From Microbacteriaceae bacterium (GTDB lineage Bacteria > Actinomycetota > Actinomycetes > Actinomycetales > Microbacteriaceae), in assembly GCA_004297935.1 (NCBI GenBank), contig SCRE01000004.1:28357-92356 (forward strand): a DNA stretch of 64,000 bases, written 5' to 3'. Every line of letters begins with the position of its first letter. The first letter of the stretch is position 1. Both the position numbers and the translations under genes were made by a program. Positions 38,545-45,754 of the stretch are shown piece after piece. The notes under the pieces were generated by a model that was given only the letters and a program-made list of their open reading frames with translations, did no database searches and was not told where the DNA came from.

Positions 38545-38997
38545 TCATACAGAATCACCGACATTCAGCCGAGCCCCGCTTTGGTGAGGACAGGCGTTCC
38601 GGTATTCAGGTCCCCGAGCTATGACCGCCGCGACAAGGTCGAGGTAGTCGGGCTCTACCGCGTCGGACAGCGGCCGAGGGGTGGCGCCGTCGTAGTGCAG
38701 TTGTTCACAGACGTTTCGATTCAGGAAGTAGGCACCGCGGATGAGGAGAAACAGCAAGTCAAAGGATTCCGGTCTCTGTGCCGACCAGGTTGCGACCACT
38801 TCGGCCGCAGGTGTGCCATTGGCGACCGCGGCCGCGGCTTCGTCGAGGACAGGGATTAGATCGGGCCGGGCTGTGGCCGCGGCGTCGAGGCAGGCGCCGG
38901 GCACACCGGCCTGGGAACCTGAAAGGTATCCTGCGGAGGGCGGGATAAGTGCATCCGCTAGCGCTGCAATCGCAGCAAGTCGTCGATCGTCGGTCAT
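38545..38997 (-). CDS. Gluconate 2-dehydrogenase subunit-3-like small partner protein
   Basis: LAAIAALADALIP, GAYF, LHYDG; ATGA-coupled directly behind the GMC gene; no signal peptide. Confidence 0.7.
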   Translation of the reverse strand: MTDDRRLAAIAALADALIPPSAGYLSGSQAGVPGACLDAAATARPDLIPVLDEAAAAVANGTPAAEVVATWSAQRPESFDLLFLLIRGAYFLNRNVCEQLHYDGATPRPLSDAVEPDYLDLVAAVIARGPEYRNACPHQSGARLNVGDSV

Positions 38998-40601
38998 GCC
39001 GCCGACACCTCCCTGCGTACCTGCACCAGGTGTTCGGTCCATCGCAGGGCGAGAGCTGCGATCGTCGCGGTCGGGTTCATGCCGGCTGAGGTGGGCCACA
39101 CGCTGCCGTCGAAGATGTACAGGTTGTCGATGTCGTGGGTCTTTCCCCACTCATCGACAACGGAGCTTTCGGGGTCGGTCCCCATGACCGCCGTGCCCAG
39201 CAGGTGCCATCCGCTTTGACGGATCTGCGGTGCGACGATCACTTCGGTGGCACCCGCCTCACGGAAGGTGTCCGCCATCCGCTCGTTGTGCCAGCCGAGC
39301 ATCCTTGTGGAGTTCTCACTCGTCCGGTAGACAAGTTTCGCTGCCGGCAGGCCACTGGAGTCGGTCGCGGCCGTGTCGAGGGTGACGCTGTTGCTCTCCT
39401 CTGGCAGATCCTCGCCGCAACTGACCCATAAGAGTGAGCGGCCGAGGCGGCGCTGAAGTTGGGCCTGGAATCCCTCGCCCCAGATGGGCACCGAGCTCCA
39501 CGGGTACGCGCCCGTCGTGCGCTGCGGGCCACCGGTCGGTTGAAGGCCCCATTTCGCACCGCGCAGGAAACCGCGCGCCGCATCGGTCTCGTAGAACTGC
39601 AACGAATAAAGCGTCTGTCCCCACGAACCACGTTCGGTTCCGAGGTCCTCATCGAAGAGGCCGATGACAGAGCTGGCCGGGTGCATCATCAATCGCTTGC
39701 CGACCAGTCCGCTCGAATTGGCAAGACCGCCCACATGCGACGGCGTCTCCGACAGCAGGAGCAGCCGGGGAGTGCCGACGCCATTCGCACAGACGATGAT
39801 GACACCTGCCGGCTGAAACTGCAGCACTCCGCTCTCATCAAAATACTCGACGCCGGTTGCCCGGTCCTGTCGGTCGACCGCGATACGGGATGCGCGCGAG
39901 TTGGTGCGTAGGATGACACCGGCGGTGATCAGGTCGGGCCAATGGGTGACGTCGACGGTTCCCTTCGAACGGTCGAGGTTTCCCCACATGCAATCGCCAC
40001 GCTGGGCCGACGCGTTAAGGTGGCGGTAAGGGCGTGTGGCAATCGCATTCGTCCCCGGCCACCAGTGCCAGCCGAGCCGGTTCATGGCGGCGGCGACCTT
40101 GCGTCCGCCTGCGCCGAGCGGCACTGGCGGTAACGGGTAGCCCTTGGCGTCGGGGTAGGCCGGGTCGCCATCGAGGCCAGAGATACCGAAGTCGGCTTCG
40201 ACCTGTTCATAGAACGGTATGAGGTCTTCGTACGTCATCGGCCAATCGTCGCCGACACCGTCTAGGGTCTTGACCCGGAAGTCGGAAGGCATGTTGCGCA
40301 TCCACTGGGAGGCATAGACGACGGCGCTGCCGCCGACACCGTTCCACATGAGTGCGGAGACGTCCGATTCGGAGTCGTCTACCGGGTAGTCAGCCCGACC
40401 GTTACGGATGTTCGGGTTCCACTGCCAGTCCAGATCCTGCCGGAGTTCAAAATCTGGATGGTTGCCACGTGACTTCGAATGGTCGGGCCACCCGCCCTGT
40501 TCCAAAACGGTGACACTGAACCCGGCCTCGCGCATCCGTTTGGCGGTGACGGCGCCTGATGGGCCGGCGCCGACAACACACACGTCCGCATAATCTGTCA
40601 T
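38994..40601 (-). CDS. GMC family FAD oxidoreductase
   Basis: VVGAGPSG, GVGGS, DDWPMTYEDL, GTPRLLLLS, GWHLLGTAVMG, NPTATIAALA. Confidence 0.92.
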   Translation of the reverse strand: MTDYADVCVVGAGPSGAVTAKRMREAGFSVTVLEQGGWPDHSKSRGNHPDFELRQDLDWQWNPNIRNGRADYPVDDSESDVSALMWNGVGGSAVVYASQWMRNMPSDFRVKTLDGVGDDWPMTYEDLIPFYEQVEADFGISGLDGDPAYPDAKGYPLPPVPLGAGGRKVAAAMNRLGWHWWPGTNAIATRPYRHLNASAQRGDCMWGNLDRSKGTVDVTHWPDLITAGVILRTNSRASRIAVDRQDRATGVEYFDESGVLQFQPAGVIIVCANGVGTPRLLLLSETPSHVGGLANSSGLVGKRLMMHPASSVIGLFDEDLGTERGSWGQTLYSLQFYETDAARGFLRGAKWGLQPTGGPQRTTGAYPWSSVPIWGEGFQAQLQRRLGRSLLWVSCGEDLPEESNSVTLDTAATDSSGLPAAKLVYRTSENSTRMLGWHNERMADTFREAGATEVIVAPQIRQSGWHLLGTAVMGTDPESSVVDEWGKTHDIDNLYIFDGSVWPTSAGMNPTATIAALALRWTEHLVQVRREVSAA

Positions 40602-40660
40602 GCCATTACTCCCTTACAGCCAATCGCCGAACTCATCCCCGCCTGCGCGGATATTCGTAC

Positions 40661-40688
40661 CGGGCTGACGGGCCTACCAGTCAGCCCG
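40661..40688 (-). terminator. Intercistronic hairpin between the ABC permease and GMC genes
   Basis: cgggctgac / gtcagcccg 9-bp stem; no U-tract, so possibly a stabiliser or partial terminator. Confidence 0.5.
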
Positions 40689-40721
40689 CGAGAAGGATCA
40701 TCCACCATGTGCATCCTTGCT

Positions 40722-41672
40722 TCATCCCTTGGTCGAGCCGAGTGTGAGCCCGGCGACGAATTGTTTCTGCAACACGATGAAAATGATCAGCGTCGGCAGC
40801 GCCGCCAGTAACGCTGCAGCCGCGATCATGTTCTGGTTTGCCACGAATTCTCCCTGCAGGTCGGTCAACGCGGACGTTATCGGCCGTAGTTTTCCGGTTG
40901 AGATCAGTGTGATTGCCCAGAAGAAGTCGTTGTAGATCCACGTCGTGAGCAGCGTGGCCAGTGCAGCCAGGGCCGGTTTGATCACCGGCAGTGTCAAGCG
41001 CCAATACCTGGACCACAGTGAGGTGCCGTCTACGATGGCCGCTTCGTACATTTCTTGCGGGATGGTCTTCATATAGTTGCTGAGGACGAAGACGCAGAAT
41101 CCGATTTGGAATGCCGCGTTGATGACGACTAACCCGAAAATGGAGTTGTACATTGTCCCGCTCGCGCTCAAGAAGTTTGGCAACGGGATCATCAGATACA
41201 GGCGATAGAGCGGGGTGATGATCACCTGCTGGGGCAGTAGGTTCCCCGCCGTGAACACCATCAGCAATGCCAGATTCAGTTTGGTGCTCTTACGGGTGAT
41301 GATGAACGCTACAGCCGAGGCAAAGAACAGCGTGATGATGACAGCCGGGACAGTGATCAGGAGGGAGTTCTTGAAATAGACAAGCATGTCCGACTGATTC
41401 CAAGCTTCTATGAAGTTGTTCAGACTCAGGCTATGGGCAATGGAGACGTACCCGTACTTGTTCGTCTCCTGAATCGGACGGAGCCCCACATATAGAGCAA
41501 ACAAGACCGGCAGAAGCCACAGCAGCGCCATGCAAATCATGAACACTTCTGCCACGAGCGTCCAGGGTCTTAGCTTCCGCTTGTGCCGTACGGAAGCAGT
41601 CCGCGGTTTGTTGCTATGCCCATCGGGTGATTGCTCTGCCCTGCGAATCCACTGTCGAGTAGTTCCGGTCAT
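40722..41672 (-). CDS. Carbohydrate ABC transporter permease (MalG-like)
   Basis: EAA motif ([13 protein letters not shown]), WNDF-type IYNDFFW, six TM segments. Confidence 0.93.
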   Translation of the reverse strand: MTGTTRQWIRRAEQSPDGHSNKPRTASVRHKRKLRPWTLVAEVFMICMALLWLLPVLFALYVGLRPIQETNKYGYVSIAHSLSLNNFIEAWNQSDMLVYFKNSLLITVPAVIITLFFASAVAFIITRKSTKLNLALLMVFTAGNLLPQQVIITPLYRLYLMIPLPNFLSASGTMYNSIFGLVVINAAFQIGFCVFVLSNYMKTIPQEMYEAAIVDGTSLWSRYWRLTLPVIKPALAALATLLTTWIYNDFFWAITLISTGKLRPITSALTDLQGEFVANQNMIAAAALLAALPTLIIFIVLQKQFVAGLTLGSTKG

Positions 41673-42658
41673 TGTGCAGTCTTCTCTCGCTTGAAGGTCT
41701 GCCACAAGAAGATGGTGATCGGCACCAGCGAAACGATCAGGAGCACAACACCGAGCGAGGAGCCGAAGCCGATGCGCTTGACCTCACCCACGATGTTGTT
41801 GGTGATGAGTACTGACAGCAATTCCAGGCCGTTGTAGCCTCGATTTGTGATGTAGACCAGGTCAAATGCGCGCAGTGACTCGATCACCGTCACGATGAGC
41901 ACGACGATGTTGATCGGGCGCATTGTCGGGAATGTGACATGCCAGAATCGTTGCCATGCGTTCACGCCGTCGAGTGATGCCGCTTCCTTCAAGGCCGGGT
42001 CCACGGACTTCAGTCCAGCCAGGTACAGCACCATGACGTATCCGGCTTGCCGCCAGCTTGCCTCCACCAGAACTGCCCAAAGGTTGAGCTTCGGGTTCCC
42101 CAACCAGTCGATGAGATTTGCGTTGGAGGTTCGCCCAAGAAATGAGTTCACCAGACCAAAGTTGGAAGAATACATGAACTCCCAAATAATGCCGATGAGT
42201 GCCAGCGACAACAGTACGGGCAAGAAGAGCGCACTTTGATAGAGACGGCCTCCTTTTAGTCCGCTGTCAAGGATGAGTGCGAACAACATGCCTAGCGGTG
42301 TCGCAATCATCATGAAGACTGCTAGCCAGATGATGTTGTGCAATACCGCCGGCCAGAACGGCGGGTAGATGGTGGCTGCTTGCACGTAGTTGTTCGCCCC
42401 GTTCAAGCAGCCGTTGCTCAGCCCCGGTGACATCGGCGATGACTGGCATGTGCCTAGGTGCAGGCCACCGATTCCGTTCCATTTGGTGAAGGATAAGAAG
42501 ATCGACGCCAAAGCGGGTCCCCAGACGAAGGCCAGGACCGCCAATGTCGGTATCCCGACAAGGGCAGCGGCAATCCACCTATCCGCTTTGGTCAGGCTCG
42601 TCAATCGACGCTTGCGCCCGCCTTGGCGGCGATCTCGAACTGTTAGTGTGCGCGTCAT
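41669..42658 (-). CDS. Carbohydrate ABC transporter permease (MalF-like)
   Basis: [25 protein letters not shown]-type [16 protein letters not shown]. Confidence 0.93.
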   Translation of the reverse strand: MTRTLTVRDRRQGGRKRRLTSLTKADRWIAAALVGIPTLAVLAFVWGPALASIFLSFTKWNGIGGLHLGTCQSSPMSPGLSNGCLNGANNYVQAATIYPPFWPAVLHNIIWLAVFMMIATPLGMLFALILDSGLKGGRLYQSALFLPVLLSLALIGIIWEFMYSSNFGLVNSFLGRTSNANLIDWLGNPKLNLWAVLVEASWRQAGYVMVLYLAGLKSVDPALKEAASLDGVNAWQRFWHVTFPTMRPINIVVLIVTVIESLRAFDLVYITNRGYNGLELLSVLITNNIVGEVKRIGFGSSLGVVLLIVSLVPITIFLWQTFKREKTAQ

Positions 42659-42665
42659 TGCGTGT

Positions 42666-44000
42666 TCAGGCGAAGATCGACTTGGCCTGTGCTTCAAGGC
42701 TCTTCTGGATCGCCTTGATGTTCGACGTGCTCGGATTCTCGATGAAGTTCTGAACACCGGCAAATGCGGCAGCTGCCATGGCCGGGTCCGTATCCCGATC
42801 CAGGAACTGCGTCACAGCTTTCTTCGAGGCGATGAGCTCGGTGGACTTCTTTTGGATTGCGTTGTATTTCGATGTGTCCACATCTTTGGCCATCCCGACG
42901 TCCCACTTGTCCGTCTCCAGAAAGGTCCCCTCGGCCTTACCCGTGCCGAGATACTCCAGAACTTTCTTTCCACCTGCAGTGTTTTTGGCCTTGGCCGCGC
43001 ACATGTAACCGTCTGCAGGGGCTTCCATGTAGTCGGTACCGAATTTCGGGTTGATCGCCGGGAATTCGAAGAAATCCAGATCCGGCAGATTCTCGGGCGC
43101 GTAGTTCGCCCCAACCTGGTTCGACCCTTGGAACATCATTCCGGCGTTCTTGTTCTCCAGGTCCTTTGCGGCATCTTGCCAGATTCGTCCGTTGGCGCCG
43201 TTCTGGCAGTACGGAAGCAGCTCGGCATATTGTTGGAAGACTGTGGTCACCCCAGGGTCCGTCCAGGGAATCTCATGGCGCATGAGGCGTTTGTGGTAGT
43301 CGTACCCATTGATCCTCAGATCGATGGTGTCGAAGAAGCCGCACCCGGGCCAGAGGTCCTTATCGGCAAAAGCGATCGGCACGATCCCGTCTGCCTTCAT
43401 CTGCTTGGCCAACGTGAGGAGGTCATCCCAGGAGGTCGGGGCCGTGTACCCCTTGTCGGAGAAGACACTCTTGTTATGGAAGAAGACCCACGGATAGTTG
43501 TACATCGGCACGAAGTAGTAGTGGCCGTCGAGGCCTTTCGACAGCGCCTTCGCCGCCGGGCCGAAGTTGGCGCCGATCTTCTCCCACACGTCGTCGATCG
43601 GTGTTGCGAGGCCCTGTGCGGCGAAGAATTGCATCCGGTACCCGGCGAACCAGGTGAACACATCGTCCGGAGTCGCCTGGAGATAGTTGCTGATGTTGCT
43701 CTTGAAGGTCTCGTGATCCACGAGGTTCAATGAAATGTTGGTGCCGGTCCGCGCCTCGGCCTCTTTGACCAGGGCCTTCTGGGACTCTTTGACGCCGGGG
43801 TTGGAGTTGTACGAGCCCATGCTGACGTTCTTGCTGGCTCCACCGCCAGCGCCCGACGTGGACTTTCCGCCTGGGGTGCTACAGGCCGCAAGGCTTGACG
43901 CGGTTGCTCCTGCCAGCGCGGCAGCGGCAACACCACCGAGCAAGCTCCTGCGCGTGAGGATAAAGCGTTGCGACGCCTGCCGCAAGGATGGTTCAGCCAT
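42666..44000 (-). CDS. Tat-exported sugar-binding lipoprotein of an ABC transporter
   Basis: TRRSLL twin-arginine motif, LAAC lipobox, family 1 SBP features; no cognate ATPase gene (MsiK-type sharing is common in Actinobacteria). Confidence 0.92.
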   Translation of the reverse strand: MAEPSLRQASQRFILTRRSLLGGVAAAALAGATASSLAACSTPGGKSTSGAGGGASKNVSMGSYNSNPGVKESQKALVKEAEARTGTNISLNLVDHETFKSNISNYLQATPDDVFTWFAGYRMQFFAAQGLATPIDDVWEKIGANFGPAAKALSKGLDGHYYFVPMYNYPWVFFHNKSVFSDKGYTAPTSWDDLLTLAKQMKADGIVPIAFADKDLWPGCGFFDTIDLRINGYDYHKRLMRHEIPWTDPGVTTVFQQYAELLPYCQNGANGRIWQDAAKDLENKNAGMMFQGSNQVGANYAPENLPDLDFFEFPAINPKFGTDYMEAPADGYMCAAKAKNTAGGKKVLEYLGTGKAEGTFLETDKWDVGMAKDVDTSKYNAIQKKSTELIASKKAVTQFLDRDTDPAMAAAAFAGVQNFIENPSTSNIKAIQKSLEAQAKSIFA

Positions 44001-44051
44001 GGTTAGCCTCTCAGAGATAGTTGCGAACTAATTCCCTTGAGCTTGTACCAA

Positions 44052-44088
44052 GCAATTGGCAATAGTTATTGTTGTTTGGCAATGCCAA
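44052..44088. promoter_or_regulatory. Candidate operator upstream of the ABC operon
   Basis: Palindrome ttggcaatgccaa at 44076-44088; half-site ttggcaat 20 bp away at 44056-44063. Confidence 0.5.
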
Positions 44089-44209
44089 TGCTTTGTTAGA
44101 AGAACGAGACTCGAAAACGCTGCGGAGGCGTAAAACAACTGGTCGACAGAATCGAGGCGCAGACGTACCGAATGACGGGCCGTCCCACCTGGCAGTCAGC
44201 GCGCCAGGG

Positions 44210-45109
44210 TCAAGCGACTGGGCCGGGCCGGGCCTGTTCCTTACTGAATGACACGGCTAACCCATCCTTGGCCGCAATCTCGCCTGAGCTCGCAGGCGGG
44301 GTGTATCCCAACCGCGACTCGATCGCTCGCACGGCGGAGCGGAGCGGGCTCAGATGCTGCCGTATCGTCAAATTGTTCAATCGGACCGACATGCCGACGA
44401 TGGTCAGTGCGGCAACCACCCGACTTCGATGGTCATGCACCGGCATGGCAATTGAGCACAGACCGACCTCGCCCTCCTGCCAGCATGTCGCAAATCCACG
44501 GCGTCGCGCCTGCGCAAGCTCGCGGCGCATGAGCTCCGGATCAGTAATCGTGGCGCTTGTCATTTTCGGCAACGGGCCTCTCAGCGTGCGTTCGATGAGG
44601 TCGTTGTCCGCGCTGAAGGCCATCAGTGCCTTCCCTGACGCGGTCGCGTGCAGGGGAAACCGACGCCCTGTATTCGCCGTCACACGAAAGCTTGAAGGTG
44701 CCTCTCCTCTGTCCAGATACAGAACCGATTCGCCCTCCAGGATTCCCAGTAGCACGAACTCATCCGTTTGGGCCGCAAGAAGATCCAAGTAATGGCGGGC
44801 GATTCTGCTCACCTCGACGCTTTGCACAACGCTTGAGCCCAACTCATACAGCGCCCAGTCCAGTCGGTATGCTCCTGAGTCCGGGTCTCGCGCGACGAGG
44901 TGTCGTGTTTCGAGCGTGCCGAGCAGGTGGTAGACCGCCGTCTTGCTCATCCCGCTTCGGTGGGCAATGTCGCCTATGCCAAGACCGCGTTTCGCGGCGC
45001 CAAGTATCTGCAAGATATCCACCGCGTGATCAACTGCCTGTACACGACGTGAGCGCCGGCTCGGCTCAGTTGATTCCGATTCCCGCTCACCCTGATCTTT
45101 ATCCGTCAC
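44210..45109 (-). CDS. IclR family transcriptional regulator
   Basis: VQAVDHAVDIL, GMSKTAVYHLL, PLHATASGKA, SIAMPV; GTG start at 45109 preferred over TTG at 45139. Confidence 0.93.
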   Translation of the reverse strand: MTDKDQGERESESTEPSRRSRRVQAVDHAVDILQILGAAKRGLGIGDIAHRSGMSKTAVYHLLGTLETRHLVARDPDSGAYRLDWALYELGSSVVQSVEVSRIARHYLDLLAAQTDEFVLLGILEGESVLYLDRGEAPSSFRVTANTGRRFPLHATASGKALMAFSADNDLIERTLRGPLPKMTSATITDPELMRRELAQARRRGFATCWQEGEVGLCSIAMPVHDHRSRVVAALTIVGMSVRLNNLTIRQHLSPLRSAVRAIESRLGYTPPASSGEIAAKDGLAVSFSKEQARPGPVA

Positions 45110-45122
45110 CTGATACTCTCGT

Positions 45123-45135
45123 TTGGCAGTACCAA
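45123..45135. promoter_or_regulatory. Second copy of the candidate operator, upstream of iclR
   Basis: ttggcagtaccaa, two mismatches to ttggcaatgccaa. Confidence 0.45.
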
Positions 45136-45330
45136 CCAATGCTAGCCAAAGCCAAGACTAGTTCATAATCTTGCGACATAGCCCGGAGTGTGAGAAACAG
45201 TTCTCAGTGCCGTACACGACCAAAGTCTCGAGCGTTGACGCCGCACTACCGGCTGCATACGAATACCGCACGGTGAGCATTTTGTCGGTAGTCTTGGGCT
45301 CTGCCGAGAGTCTGACAGATCAAAGCTGCC

Positions 45331-45545
45331 GATGATGAGCGCCTCACGCACCGGATCGCGGTGGGGTGCTGACATCGACATTCCCGCCGGGACTTATCGA
45401 CGCGGCGCTTGAGTCGACGGACCGAATGGAGCAACGCCACCGGCTGTTGCCGGCCCGCGTGGTCGTCTATTTCGTGCTGGCGATGTGGCGGAAATCGTGG
45501 CGGGTGCCGACCACAGGGGCGCTCACACAGGTCCGGCCAGGCTGA
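45331..45545 (+). mobile_element. IS4-family transposase N-terminal remnant (frameshifted, internally deleted)
   Basis: DDERLTHRIAVG, shift, VLTSTFPPGLIDAALESTDRMEQRHRLLPARVVVYFVLAM, then WRVPTTGALTQVR*. Confidence 0.75.
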
Positions 45546-45750
45546 CGCTTCCGTATCGACGACCGAGGCCAGGTCTGGTTCACCCGTCGCCACAGGTGAA
45601 TCCCGACCAGAAACCCCGCATCGGCGGCAAAGCACGCTACGGACTACCCGAACTCGACGAAACCGCCTAACCCAGCCCAACCCGATCAACTGGCCAGTGA
45701 GCCACGACGGCCGCAACTCATCCGTCGAGCATGCAAGCCGATGCGCGGCG
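45535..45750 (+). mobile_element. Possible IS110-family transposase C-terminal remnant with part of its non-coding end
   Basis: GQADASVSTTEARSGSPVATGE keeps the QAxxxVxxxxxRxxxxVxTG spacing I recall from actinobacterial IS110 C-termini; followed by gtgagccacgacggccgcaactcatccgtcgagcatg; from memory, not searched. Confidence 0.35.
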
Positions 45751-45754
45751 ACCG

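Larger units (their letters stand above)
32362..45750. mobile_element. Decayed accessory (genomic) island between ftsY and smc
   Basis: Visibly more A/T-rich codons than the flanks, TA module at one end, IS remnants at the other, pseudogenes inside; no integrase or att repeat found. Confidence 0.7.

Noticed and set aside
38545-40601. 3-keto-glycoside (Gul/Car-type) elimination pathway
   Set aside because: The island lacks the TIM-barrel lyase/hydratase and Gfo/Idh/MocA genes that define those pathways; not excluded if they are encoded elsewhere
45191-45216. tgagaa/ttctca mini-hairpin and cagtgccgtaca as the IS4 left end
   Set aside because: Only a partial resemblance and no matching right end; cannot be supported
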